From Patescibacteria group bacterium (GTDB lineage Bacteria; Patescibacteriota; Patescibacteriia; UBA9570), in the NCBI GenBank assembly GCA_041665365.1, contig JBAYIY010000001.1, positions 104,720 to 168,719 on the forward strand: a DNA stretch of 64,000 bases, written 5' to 3'. This document shows, piece by piece, positions 38,898-48,837 of the stretch. Below the pieces are notes generated by a model. That model was not told the origin of the DNA, made no database searches, and saw nothing but the letters and a program-made list of their open reading frames with translations. Numbering within the stretch: position 1 is the first letter of the stretch; each line of letters starts with the position of its first letter. A program made the position numbers and the translations under genes.

Positions 38898-40067
38898 TCA
38901 TAGCCGTATCTTAGAATGATCACTGCCAGTCACATCCCATTCATCCGTTTCTTTTTTTATCTTTGGTAATTTTAATAAACCTTTCTTGAGCCGAGATATG
39001 ACCAGCTGTTTAATAGCATCCTCTTGGTCATAACCATGTAAACGGCCTGTCAGTACTCCCATTCTAAAGGTTAAGCCTTCAGACATTAGTGACCAGTTGG
39101 TGGCCGCTAAATTCTTTTCAAGCAACCTGGTCAAAGTTCTGATGCTATCGTATGACTGGCGCGTTGATTCATCTTGGACTGAAAAGCCAATCTGCACATC
39201 TTTACTAATCGCCGGCTGTTCAAAAGTGATTTGAGTATATTCGTTTTTTGTAGCTAGTGCCTCTACACGCTTGCGTAACTGCGGGACAGTGAGTCGTTCA
39301 ATGGACGCAATTAATTCATAAAGCCCCTTATGCTCTTCCTGTTCTTTGGCTTCATCGGTTATCTTTTTCATTTCTTCTAAATCTACCAGAAACTTCAAAT
39401 ACTCATGACCCTCTTCATCGGAAATGCAATATTTCTTACGCAATTTCTTAAACTCAATTTCACTCATTTCATCCTTTTTTTCTGTTTTTAAATCAAGCAC
39501 ATCTACAGTTTTGTGATGGCATTTCGTACAACGCTCTATAGTTGTAATAATATCTCCCTTACGTGATCGTTCTGTTTTAATTGTTTGCCGATGACAACGC
39601 ACACAAACTTTTGGTTGCGATACGTATTCAATGCCATCATGGTAGAAAGCCCGGCCCCGATGTTTACTTGGACAAGTGTAAAAGAATAAGACGACGTCTT
39701 TGCCGTCTCGATCAGTTAATGTTTTAAAGTCAGATTGTATAGACTCATGGCATGTGGAGCAGTAGATATTTTTTGGAGCAATTGCTGCTTCAAGTAACTG
39801 ATCCCGCACCCTGTCACGCTCCATCCATTCTTGGATTGTTTTTTCTTTGTTTTTCCATAGCTCACCTTTTTCAAAATACATTTGCAATTCAAGATTCATT
39901 TTTGAAAAAGTTTTATATTGCGCAAACTCAGGGGTTCCTTTCTTAAAATTTTTAGCTTCACTGACACGCTGCTGTGCATGCTCGATCATCTGACAATACT
40001 TGATAGTATGCAAGTCATATCTATCATCATAATGAGTTCTTTCTTTCAGCTCTCGTACAGTACCCAT
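38898..40067 (-). CDS. Zinc-finger protein, hypothetical
   Basis: 389 aa. CSTCHES...CPSKHRG...CVRCHRQ...CTKCHHK form repeated C-x2-C-H treble-clef-like knuckles. A coiled-coil middle region follows. Confidence 0.45.
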   Translation of the reverse strand: MGTVRELKERTHYDDRYDLHTIKYCQMIEHAQQRVSEAKNFKKGTPEFAQYKTFSKMNLELQMYFEKGELWKNKEKTIQEWMERDRVRDQLLEAAIAPKNIYCSTCHESIQSDFKTLTDRDGKDVVLFFYTCPSKHRGRAFYHDGIEYVSQPKVCVRCHRQTIKTERSRKGDIITTIERCTKCHHKTVDVLDLKTEKKDEMSEIEFKKLRKKYCISDEEGHEYLKFLVDLEEMKKITDEAKEQEEHKGLYELIASIERLTVPQLRKRVEALATKNEYTQITFEQPAISKDVQIGFSVQDESTRQSYDSIRTLTRLLEKNLAATNWSLMSEGLTFRMGVLTGRLHGYDQEDAIKQLVISRLKKGLLKLPKIKKETDEWDVTGSDHSKIRL

Positions 40068-40082
40068 CTAAGCTTTGTACAA

Positions 40083-41180
40083 CTATTTTTTTGTATGCGC
40101 TTCAAGTACGTCAATATAATTTTCCAAACGGCTAAGCAATTCATCATAAGTGACTATTACCACATCTTTCAATCCCTGCGTGAGTAGTCGCAAGTCATCT
40201 TTCTGCTTTTGCTCAGTTAAAATGGAAGCATTCCCTGCTAAGATAATGCCTCGTGGACGCAAGACCTGCAGTTGAATTTTATGTTTATCTATCAGATAAC
40301 TTCGAATAGCATCACCATGACGATGAACTTGGGACATGTAATTCTCGGTTTGAATAATAGCTTTAGAAATTTCTTTATCAAAGTAATAATTGCCTCGGCT
40401 ATCATCTGGCAGAAGCAGATTGGTATCCGGTTTTTTTATTTCTAGAATATCTAAATAGTTATCATGTGTTATTAAAGCAAAGTCAGGTAATTTTGTATTA
40501 CCAATTGCTACATTCATTTTCTCTATTGCTTTAATGTACCCTTGTTGAATAAGTAAAATATTATCCCGAATATATTTTTGCCACCACGACTCCGCATGCT
40601 TCGATTGGATGGCTTTCTTGAGATAAGCTGCCAACTCTTTCAATGATTTAATTTGTGCTTGGGCTTTTAAGAGGTTAACGCTACTAATTGATTCAGATGC
40701 AATATACCCCGGTAAAAACTTATTCAGAACATCCCTATCCTCTGAGGAAAGCTGAGGTATCATCGCTGGACTAATAACCTTAGATAATAAACCTGGCACA
40801 TATACTTGGATATCCTCAGCAGCAAAATGATTCGGATATGTTGCAGCAAAAAAATGATCAACAATATCATTTTTAATATCTCGGTTTCGTGTAATGCTCT
40901 CTCCACCCATTTTAGAAAGCAATGTTTTTGAAGTGTAAACAAGGTATTTTCCTCTAAAAAGATCTATGTGAGAATCTGAGTCTGTGATAATCCACTTATA
41001 ATTGCCTGGAAATTTACGTTGCAACTTTTGCAAAATATGTTTTCCAAAAGATATCATGCCATCCTTTTTTAAATTCGATGGCTTTTTGCCTTCGTAATAA
41101 ATACAAACTCCTTTAAGGGCATTACCATAAGTTCTATTCTTGATTTTGACATGTTTTAATTTTTTCTTTACAGCTCTCAT
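40083..41180 (-). CDS. DUF4263 (Shedu SduA-like) PD-(D/E)xK nuclease-domain protein
   Basis: 365 aa. C-terminal half ESWWQKYIRDNILLIQQGY...LPDFALITHDNYLDILEIKKPDTNLL...QTENY...RPRGIILAGN fits the DUF4263 D...E-x-K nuclease core and family pattern. Confidence 0.5.
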   Translation of the reverse strand: MRAVKKKLKHVKIKNRTYGNALKGVCIYYEGKKPSNLKKDGMISFGKHILQKLQRKFPGNYKWIITDSDSHIDLFRGKYLVYTSKTLLSKMGGESITRNRDIKNDIVDHFFAATYPNHFAAEDIQVYVPGLLSKVISPAMIPQLSSEDRDVLNKFLPGYIASESISSVNLLKAQAQIKSLKELAAYLKKAIQSKHAESWWQKYIRDNILLIQQGYIKAIEKMNVAIGNTKLPDFALITHDNYLDILEIKKPDTNLLLPDDSRGNYYFDKEISKAIIQTENYMSQVHRHGDAIRSYLIDKHKIQLQVLRPRGIILAGNASILTEQKQKDDLRLLTQGLKDVVIVTYDELLSRLENYIDVLEAHTKK

Positions 41181-41189
41181 AAGTTCATT

Positions 41190-41750
41190 TTATTGTTTGA
41201 TTGTGTTCACTTGAAATTTACACAGCCGACAAATACCATTCACGTTGGTATTTGTGTTAACGTAAAATTCAAATCGATCCTTATTACATACTGGGCATAA
41301 TACTAGTCCATTTTTATTTTTAGTCTCTCGTATTGCATTCAAAACAGTTTTAGCATTGCGGACATACTGATCTACTTTTTCTTTGTTATCAATATACCCC
41401 TTTACCCAAAGATCTGTGGTAATACGTCCGGCTGATGTTTCACGATATAAAATTTTGCCTTGGTTTAATAATTTTTCCCAATACTGACGACTATGCCCGT
41501 ATTGTTTGGCGATATCACTGGATGATAATATTTCAGCATTGGCCGGGATGTAGCCCCTTTGCTCCATGAATCTAATGCAATCCTTTAAAGCTTGGGCCAA
41601 AGCTGATTCCTTTTTTGCTTTTGACAAGCCTTGCGCAAGAGTTAACCTAACACTGAGTGTTCCTCCACTTGAAGTATTGGCGTGCCAGTAAAATTTATTT
41701 GAATCTTTAAGCATTGTGCCAATGCTAACATATCTGGTTTCTTTTGGCAA
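41190..41750 (-). CDS. Hypothetical protein with C-terminal zinc ribbon (first gene of operon)
   Basis: 186 aa. CPVCNKDRFEFYVNTNTNVNGICRLCKF. Confidence 0.4.
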   Translation of the reverse strand: MPKETRYVSIGTMLKDSNKFYWHANTSSGGTLSVRLTLAQGLSKAKKESALAQALKDCIRFMEQRGYIPANAEILSSSDIAKQYGHSRQYWEKLLNQGKILYRETSAGRITTDLWVKGYIDNKEKVDQYVRNAKTVLNAIRETKNKNGLVLCPVCNKDRFEFYVNTNTNVNGICRLCKFQVNTIKQ

Positions 41751-41769
41751 CCTATGTTAAACTGTCTCT

Positions 41770-42663
41770 ATGGCTACAAAATTTAAAGCTCAGGGGAAAA
41801 ATATCCTACATAACCAAGATAGATTTTGCTTGGTACTTAAAGACTATGGATTAGTTAGCACCCCTTTCGTGCTAAATGAATTCAGCAAACAGGACTTACT
41901 GAAACCAGGTAAGGGAAAGCAATATCAACAAGAACAGATTATTGTTTATGATAATATTCGAAGGCATTTGTTTAAACAATATCAGTTACCGATTATTTTT
42001 CAGCAACACATGAATGATGGTAAGACATTCGCTACAATGCTTTCGAGTTCACCCCAAGTCATTAAAAATGATTTAAAAAAATTAAGTACAATTTTATCTT
42101 TTTTAAAAAAAATCAATAACATCTGTGCGGATGCAGGACTAAATATTGAACGCATTTTAATTGATAGCAAGGTAAATGGTTACAATAGAAAAGATATAGA
42201 ACGTGACTATAAAGCAAGTAGGAAGCACGAACTCAAAAATACTGTTATTCCAGGGTTGAAGAAACTGATCAAGACTTTTGGTTTTAGTATAAAGGATCTT
42301 CAGGAGTGGCAATCAGAGTTTGCATTTTTAGGAAAACAACATGATGACACAAAAGACTTTTTTGGTTACATGGAATGTATTCCACTCGTAGTACGACGTC
42401 GCGCAAAAAATCCGTACCGGCTAGCGATGCTTTACTACGATTACTCTTATGACTTGGAATGGGTATTACGTCAGTTGGACGAAAAAACCGTACACCTTCA
42501 TACCCTGGTTACAAATATGCCTTATCAAAAAGTTTGCGTGTATTGTAACGCAGAATACGAACCAGTAAGAGCCGATAGTAAGAATTGCGCTAAAAAAGCA
42601 TGCCAACAGGCCTATAAAAACCATCAAAAGCGTATTCAACGAGAACTTGGCAACTACAGCTAG
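41770..42663 (+). CDS. Hypothetical protein with C-terminal CxxC...C...C zinc ribbon
   Basis: 297 aa. CVYCNAEYEPVRADSKNCAKKACQQAYKNHQ. Divergent from the defence-like operon. Confidence 0.4.
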   Translation: MATKFKAQGKNILHNQDRFCLVLKDYGLVSTPFVLNEFSKQDLLKPGKGKQYQQEQIIVYDNIRRHLFKQYQLPIIFQQHMNDGKTFATMLSSSPQVIKNDLKKLSTILSFLKKINNICADAGLNIERILIDSKVNGYNRKDIERDYKASRKHELKNTVIPGLKKLIKTFGFSIKDLQEWQSEFAFLGKQHDDTKDFFGYMECIPLVVRRRAKNPYRLAMLYYDYSYDLEWVLRQLDEKTVHLHTLVTNMPYQKVCVYCNAEYEPVRADSKNCAKKACQQAYKNHQKRIQRELGNYS

Positions 42664-42747
42664 CGGAACTTTACGGAACTTTCCAAATCTCCAAACACCC
42701 TATGCTTAAATGTATTGGGTGTTTTTAATTACTAAGAAAAATAACTT

Positions 42748-44028
42748 ATGAATCAACCCATTCAAACCGTTCAGGTTAAGATAGTCGACCTAAACCCTGC
42801 CCCCTATAACCCGCGGCGCTGGGACGAAGCAGCCAAAACTCATCTCAAAGACAGCATTCAGCGCTTTGGCTTAGTAGATCCAATTATTGTTAATAATAAT
42901 CCAGACCGTCACAATATTGTTATCGGAGGACATTTCCGGCTGCACATTGCAAAAGAACTAGGATATGTAGAGGTGCCCGTGATCTATCTCAATATCGCTG
43001 AGGTTGCCAAAGAAAAAGAACTTAATCTTCGGCTCAACAGGAATGTGGGGTCATGGAACTTCGAGTTGCTTAAAGAATTTGATCTGAACCTCTTGCTCGA
43101 TGTTGGATTTGATGATGCAGACCTTTCTATCATTTGGGATGAAATGTTAGAGGTAGAAGATGATCACTTTCATACCCAAAAAGAATTCAAAGAAGCACAA
43201 CATACTACTATTCAAGCTGGTGATTTGTTTGCGCTCGGTGATCATCGCGTCATTTGTGGTGACGCTACTCAACCCGAGGTGATTCAAGCACTGCTAGGAG
43301 GTCAGCATGTACAGATGATTTACTCTGATCCCCCATACAACATTGCCTTAAATTATTCTAAGGGTATAAGCACCCAAGGCAAGTATGGCCATAGCCAGCT
43401 GAATGATCATCAATCCGATTCTGAGTATCAACTATTTTTACAACGTTCCCTAGAAACCGCGTTGACAGTACTGGATGATGCAGGTCATGTGTTTTACTGG
43501 TGCGATGAGCGATATATTGGCTTGTTGCAGCAACTGTATACCACAGTAGGGATCAACCACAAACGGGTCTGTCTTTGGATTAAAAACAACCACAATATGA
43601 CTCCCCAAGTGGCATTTAATAAACTATATGAACCATGTGTCTACGGCACTCGTGGTAAACCTTATCTGGCTGAAATTAAAAACCTGCACGAAATTCTGAA
43701 CAAGGAAGTGGGTACCGGCAATCGCGCTATTGATGATCTCCAAGACCTCTTAAATATTTGGTTCGAAAAACGCCTGCCTGGAATGCAATATACACACCCC
43801 ACTGAAAAGCCAGCTACCCTACATGAAAAGCCCATACGCCGTTGTACTAAGCCCGGTGACCGTATATTGGATAGCTTCGGAGGTTCTGGTTCAACGTTAA
43901 TCGCCTGTGAACAACTAAAGCGGGTAGCCTATGTAGCTGAAATCGACCCTATTTTTACACAATTAATACTCAATCGCTATGAACAACTTACTGGAAATAA
44001 AGCCAAACAGCTCAACGGAACTAAATGA
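42748..44028 (+). CDS. ParB-like nuclease domain fused to N6-adenine/N4-cytosine DNA methyltransferase
   Basis: 426 aa. N-terminus VKIVDLNPAPYNPRRWDE...IVIGGHFRLHIAKELG (ParB/Srx fold), DPPYN catalytic motif, C-terminal SFGGSGSTLIACEQLKR (SAM-binding motif I). This architecture is common in phage. Confidence 0.75.
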   Translation: MNQPIQTVQVKIVDLNPAPYNPRRWDEAAKTHLKDSIQRFGLVDPIIVNNNPDRHNIVIGGHFRLHIAKELGYVEVPVIYLNIAEVAKEKELNLRLNRNVGSWNFELLKEFDLNLLLDVGFDDADLSIIWDEMLEVEDDHFHTQKEFKEAQHTTIQAGDLFALGDHRVICGDATQPEVIQALLGGQHVQMIYSDPPYNIALNYSKGISTQGKYGHSQLNDHQSDSEYQLFLQRSLETALTVLDDAGHVFYWCDERYIGLLQQLYTTVGINHKRVCLWIKNNHNMTPQVAFNKLYEPCVYGTRGKPYLAEIKNLHEILNKEVGTGNRAIDDLQDLLNIWFEKRLPGMQYTHPTEKPATLHEKPIRRCTKPGDRILDSFGGSGSTLIACEQLKRVAYVAEIDPIFTQLILNRYEQLTGNKAKQLNGTK

Positions 44029-44749
44029 ACCACAACAGTTAGGTTACCACTACGTCATGTGTGGCGATGCTACTAATCCAACTGATGTCGCTCAACTGAT
44101 AGGAAAACAGAAAATTAATCTAGTACTGACGGATCCACCGTACGGAGTTGGCTATGTAGAAAGTAAACAAGGTTTTCAAACTCTTCGTCATGAAAAAGTG
44201 ATCGCTAATGACCACGTCCAAAGCGAAGAGGAATATCAAAACTTTATGGAGCAATGGCTAAAACTGACAGTGCCGCATTTAGCCAAACGGAATGCTTTCT
44301 ATGTATTTAACTCAGATAAGATGCTATTTGCCCTCCGCCGTGCCATGGATAACCACAAGTTACACTTTGCTCAGTTACTAATCTGGATGAAACAACATGC
44401 TGTTATTGGTCGCTTAGATTACCTGCCACAACACGAGCTCATTATGTATGGCTGGTACGGCACGCATCGTTTCTATAAAAATAAAGATAAGTCCGTCCTC
44501 TTCTGCCCAAAGCCGCAGCGGAGTCGCCTGCACCCAACCACCAAACCAGTGAGTTTGCTACGCCGCCTCATACTGAATAATACCCAGGTGGGTGACGTTG
44601 TGTACGATCCCTTTGGTGGCTCAGGGTCGACGCTGATTGCATGTGAACAAACCCAACGCCGTTGTCTCATGATGGAACTTGATCCAGATTATTACACGAC
44701 GATTCTACAACGCTTTGAGCAGCACATTTTGAAATATGGGGATCAATAA
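43979..44749 (+). CDS. DNA methyltransferase (DPPYG; beta-class N6/N4)
   Basis: 256 aa. HYVMCGDATN, LTDPPYGVGY, DPFGGSGSTLIACEQTQR. Paralogous to the MTase domain of the upstream gene. Overlaps that gene by 50 bp. Confidence 0.75.
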   Translation: MNNLLEIKPNSSTELNEPQQLGYHYVMCGDATNPTDVAQLIGKQKINLVLTDPPYGVGYVESKQGFQTLRHEKVIANDHVQSEEEYQNFMEQWLKLTVPHLAKRNAFYVFNSDKMLFALRRAMDNHKLHFAQLLIWMKQHAVIGRLDYLPQHELIMYGWYGTHRFYKNKDKSVLFCPKPQRSRLHPTTKPVSLLRRLILNNTQVGDVVYDPFGGSGSTLIACEQTQRRCLMMELDPDYYTTILQRFEQHILKYGDQ

Positions 44750-44751
44750 AT

Positions 44752-45189
44752 ATGGAACCTAAACACAAGAGAAGAATGACCATTGAAAAACGTCAGCAAA
44801 CCCAAAAGGACGCCTTAATTGAACTACTGAAGAAAACACCCATCATCCAAGCGGCTTGCCAAAAGATGGAGCTGGGACGGGCTACCTACTATCGCTGGCT
44901 AAAAGATGACCCAGCATTTGCAGAGGCAGTACACACTGCACTCGACCATGGCGTGGGACTGGTAAATGATATGGCAGAGTCGCAGTTAATTTCTGCGATT
45001 AAAGATCAAAATATGACGGCCATCATCTTCTGGCTAAAACATCACCACATGGCTTATACAACACGTATTGAATTGACGGGCGGTCAATCTACGGATCTGC
45101 CTGAATTAACTCCAGAACAGCAGCGTGTAGTTCAAGTTGCTCTTGAACAAGCACGACTCCTAAATAATGAGTCACCACAGATACTATGA
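44752..45189 (+). CDS. Terminase small subunit-like HTH protein
   Basis: 145 aa. AACQKMELGRATYYRWLKDDPAFAEAV is an HTH, with the gene directly upstream of terL and overlapping it by 4 nt. Confidence 0.45.
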   Translation: MEPKHKRRMTIEKRQQTQKDALIELLKKTPIIQAACQKMELGRATYYRWLKDDPAFAEAVHTALDHGVGLVNDMAESQLISAIKDQNMTAIIFWLKHHHMAYTTRIELTGGQSTDLPELTPEQQRVVQVALEQARLLNNESPQIL

Positions 45190-46733
45190 ACACAGCTGAA
45201 CAATTTGCGATTATCAGCAGCACAAAATCGGTACGGAAAGCTATAACAATGCAATCGCATTTTTGGTTTTTTCATGTTTACCTTAATCAATATATCACCT
45301 ACGAAACGGCGCCGTTTCATCGAGAAATGTTACAGCTGACTGAAAACCCACAATTGAGTTTATTGGTCTTTATGGCGTTCCGGGGTTCTGGCAAATCCAC
45401 TATCTTATCCTTGTCCTATCCCTTATGGGCCTTGCTAGGGAAGAAAAAGAAACGCTGTATCTTAATTTTAAGTCAGACCCAGTATCAAGCGCAGTCATTA
45501 TTGCAGCACATTAAACATGAACTGGAGGAAAATATTTTATTACGTAAAGATTTTGGACCATTTGTCACACGCACTACGCAATGGAGCGCGGACACCATTG
45601 TTATTCCTCGGTACGATGCCAAAATTATTGCTGCTTCTACAGAACAAAGTATTCGTGGAATTCGTCATGCAGAAGTAAGGCCCGACCTCATTATTTGTGA
45701 TGATATTGAAGATTTGTCATCAGTTAAAACCATGGAGTCAAGAAACAAAACATTTCAATGGTTAAGTGGTGAAATCATCCCTGCCGGTGACCGACACACG
45801 CAGACCGTCATTTTAGGAAATTTACTACATGAAGATTCCTTGCTGATGCGGATCAATAAACTGATTGATGATGACCGGATTGATGGTATTGTAAAACGCT
45901 ATCCCATCATCTCAGAGGGCAAACCTTTGTGGGCTGCTAAATTTCCTAACGAAGCGAGTCTGGTTCAGGAACAGCGTAAGATTGGTAATCCCATTGCCTG
46001 GAAACGCGAATTTGAATTACAAATTGTACCCGAAGATGGACAAGTCATTAGCTATGATGATATTCATTATTACGACACACTCCCTGAACCCAAGGAACCA
46101 GAACAGCGAGAGCTGGATGATTACACAAATGTTATCCGTTTAGAAAAGGTCTGTACTGGTATTGATTTAGCCATTAGTAAAAAAGACTCTGCAGACTATA
46201 CAGCAATGGTTTCTATTGAAATATTTAGTTTTGAGCACGAGGAAATTAAATTCTATGTGTTGCCGCACCCTATCAATAAACGTCTTAGTTTTGCCGAAAC
46301 GATTGAACAGGCGGATAATATTAGTAAACGTTTAGGTAAAACGCATCCTACTCAACTCTACGTCGAGCAGGTAGCTTATCAGGCTAGTGCTGTGGAAACC
46401 CTCAAGGAACGTCGTCTGCCGGTGGAAGGCATTACTGTGACCGGGGCAGATAAACGAGCCCGATTACAAATCGTCTCACCTTTGATTGAACAAGGCCAGA
46501 TCCTGTTTCCACGTACGGGTGCAGAGGATTTAATTGCCCAAATCGTTGGATTTGGAGTAGAGCGCCATGACGATTTACTAGACGCCTTTACCTTAGTCAT
46601 CATGCAGGTGATGAATATGCGGCCAGCTTGGCAGCTAAGTGATATGAATAATGAACCCATTAAACGGATGCGCATGTACAGTAAATGCGTACCAGGAGGC
46701 TACTTTGATCCCCCAAACTGGAACATTATCTAA
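45186..46733 (+). CDS. terL: Phage terminase large subunit
   Basis: 515 aa. Walker A FMAFRGSGKSTILS, Walker B LIICDDIED, and a C-terminal RNaseH-like nuclease (TGIDLAISKKDSADYTAMV ... DDLLDAF). Confidence 0.75.
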   Translation: MNTAEQFAIISSTKSVRKAITMQSHFWFFHVYLNQYITYETAPFHREMLQLTENPQLSLLVFMAFRGSGKSTILSLSYPLWALLGKKKKRCILILSQTQYQAQSLLQHIKHELEENILLRKDFGPFVTRTTQWSADTIVIPRYDAKIIAASTEQSIRGIRHAEVRPDLIICDDIEDLSSVKTMESRNKTFQWLSGEIIPAGDRHTQTVILGNLLHEDSLLMRINKLIDDDRIDGIVKRYPIISEGKPLWAAKFPNEASLVQEQRKIGNPIAWKREFELQIVPEDGQVISYDDIHYYDTLPEPKEPEQRELDDYTNVIRLEKVCTGIDLAISKKDSADYTAMVSIEIFSFEHEEIKFYVLPHPINKRLSFAETIEQADNISKRLGKTHPTQLYVEQVAYQASAVETLKERRLPVEGITVTGADKRARLQIVSPLIEQGQILFPRTGAEDLIAQIVGFGVERHDDLLDAFTLVIMQVMNMRPAWQLSDMNNEPIKRMRMYSKCVPGGYFDPPNWNII

Positions 46734-46806
46734 GAGAAAGTTACCAACAAGTTACCTACAGCTGTCACTGGATAGCCTACAAAGGGTGTGACATTACTGT
46801 AGATAG

Positions 46807-48120
46807 ATGATTACCACTACCCTAGATACAACTCGAGTCAACCTTAAGTACTGCCTGTATGCGCGTAAGTCTTCAGAGGAAGACGAACGGCAAGCCATGT
46901 CGATTGAATCACAAGTCAATGAAATGCTGCAGCTTGCTGAGCAACAGGGGCTACAGGTCACTGATATCCGCCGTGAGGCCCATTCAGCTAAAAATTCAGG
47001 CCAGCGCGAAGTCTTAAATACTCTCTTGGCAGATATTGCCACAGATATGTTTGATGGAATACTCACGTGGGCGCCAGATCGATTAAGTCGTAATGCTGGC
47101 GACCTAGGCTCAATTGTCGATCTGATGGATCAAGGGCACATCAAAGAAATTCGTACCCACGGCCAGACGTTCAGCAATTCACCTAATGAAAAATTCCTAC
47201 TGATGATTCTGGGTTCTCAGGCCAAGCTGGAAAATGATCACCGGGGTCTTAATGTGAAGCGCGGCCTACGGGCCAAAGCCGGTACGGGCTGGCGTCCAGG
47301 GATGCCGCCACTTGGATACAACATCATGAAAGCGATTGGACCAAATGACAAGAAGATTGTGATTGATCCAGAGCGAGCTGAGACGATCCAACTGATCTTT
47401 AAAAAGGTAGGGCTCTATGGGTTTAGCGGCCGGATGATTCATCGCTGGTTAAAAGAAGAAACTCCCTTTACTACACGTAGTGGTAATATGCTGGCACTAA
47501 GCGCCATTTTCCGCATGATGAAAAATCCATTTTACTATGGCATGTTCGAATTCCCTGAGGGCAGCGGTAACTGGTATGTTGGTAAACATGACCCACTCAT
47601 TACGAAAGATGTCTTTGATGCTGCTAATGAACAGATGCAGCGGCCAGATACTGAAATAACAGTCTGGGGAGCAAAGAATTTTCACTTTACACAACTCCTC
47701 ACCTGCGGAGGATGTGGTTCAGGAGTAACCGCAGAAGAAAAGTTTAAAAAGTTGCTCGATGGAAGTAAGAGGCGGTACGTGTATTATCACTGCACACGAG
47801 GACGTGATGTGAACTGTGCCGAAAAGTTTATTCGGGAAGAGGAACTTCTAAAACAACTACTGTACATTATTGATCAGGTTGATTTAAACACGATTGCAGC
47901 TAAGCGAAAATTCCAGGAAGAACTAGAACGCTTCAGAAAATTTGCACGAGGCGTGCTTGGACAGGTGACAGATGGCTCAACTGGCCAAAAAGTCGTTGAT
48001 ATGAAGATGTATGTGAGATATGTGCTGCAAGAAGGAACTAGAGAAGAGAAGCAGGAGATACTAAAATGTTTGGATAGTAAGCTGATGTTGAAGGATCAGA
48101 AAGTGAATATTGAAAATTAA
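46807..48120 (+). CDS. Large serine recombinase (integrase/resolvase family)
   Basis: 437 aa. N-terminal resolvase domain with catalytic Ser (LYARKSSEEDERQAMSIESQ), a recombinase domain, and a zinc ribbon CGGCGS...YYHCTRGR. Confidence 0.8.
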   Translation: MITTTLDTTRVNLKYCLYARKSSEEDERQAMSIESQVNEMLQLAEQQGLQVTDIRREAHSAKNSGQREVLNTLLADIATDMFDGILTWAPDRLSRNAGDLGSIVDLMDQGHIKEIRTHGQTFSNSPNEKFLLMILGSQAKLENDHRGLNVKRGLRAKAGTGWRPGMPPLGYNIMKAIGPNDKKIVIDPERAETIQLIFKKVGLYGFSGRMIHRWLKEETPFTTRSGNMLALSAIFRMMKNPFYYGMFEFPEGSGNWYVGKHDPLITKDVFDAANEQMQRPDTEITVWGAKNFHFTQLLTCGGCGSGVTAEEKFKKLLDGSKRRYVYYHCTRGRDVNCAEKFIREEELLKQLLYIIDQVDLNTIAAKRKFQEELERFRKFARGVLGQVTDGSTGQKVVDMKMYVRYVLQEGTREEKQEILKCLDSKLMLKDQKVNIEN

Positions 48121-48380
48121 ATTTCTGATTTTTCTATATTCTTCTTGAAACAATCTTCAACTTGCTTCCAATTCTCATTCAAATAATATTGTATGCTTGC
48201 TATACTACATACTTCACAAGTAATGTTTAGTGACCGATTATCACAAATTTTGTTTACAAAATTAGGTTCAGTTTTAACATCATGAACGCTAAATATTTTA
48301 TTATTAGCTTGTTTTACTAGTAATACGTTTCCTGGATTTTTTAGAGGATTAACTTTAGGCATAAAGATATAAGATAACAA
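48117..48380 (-). CDS. Hypothetical small protein
   Basis: 87 aa, ORF only. Confidence 0.25.
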   Translation of the reverse strand: MLSYIFMPKVNPLKNPGNVLLVKQANNKIFSVHDVKTEPNFVNKICDNRSLNITCEVCSIASIQYYLNENWKQVEDCFKKNIEKSEI

Positions 48381-48451
48381 GTTAGTCTTGTTGGGTTAAA
48401 AAACAAACGTTCTGAGTATGGTGACAACTGGCCTCAGCAAATCAGAGGTGC

Positions 48452-48793
48452 TTATTGATTATTTTTTAAATCATTAAGTGACTTGATCTTGTTCTCTTTT
48501 AAGTAGGTACCCAGATGCATATCTGAACGAACTTTTAGATTCAATCTATATTGCTGTTCAATGGTACCAATATGAGTGTCATCACGCTTATCGCGTAATT
48601 GGCCACTTTTATTGCGGGAACGATATCCACGCATACCTGGTGCGTCTTTTGCCATATCAATTTTAACATTAATTTGGAAGAGCTCGACCACATCTCTCCG
48701 ACTGCTTAATGCAGTCTGCTGCAACCTGCAACAATCGGAACATGAGTAGAACGGCTGAGACCAGCTCACCGAAATATATTGTATAATTAGCAC
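48452..48793 (-). CDS. Hypothetical small basic protein
   Basis: 113 aa, ORF only. Overlaps the next ORF's 3' region. The real extent is uncertain. Confidence 0.25.
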   Translation of the reverse strand: MLIIQYISVSWSQPFYSCSDCCRLQQTALSSRRDVVELFQINVKIDMAKDAPGMRGYRSRNKSGQLRDKRDDTHIGTIEQQYRLNLKVRSDMHLGTYLKENKIKSLNDLKNNQ

Positions 48794-48837
48794 TCTCCAT
48801 AGTCAAGTGCCAATTATTATCTATCAACCAACTTAGG

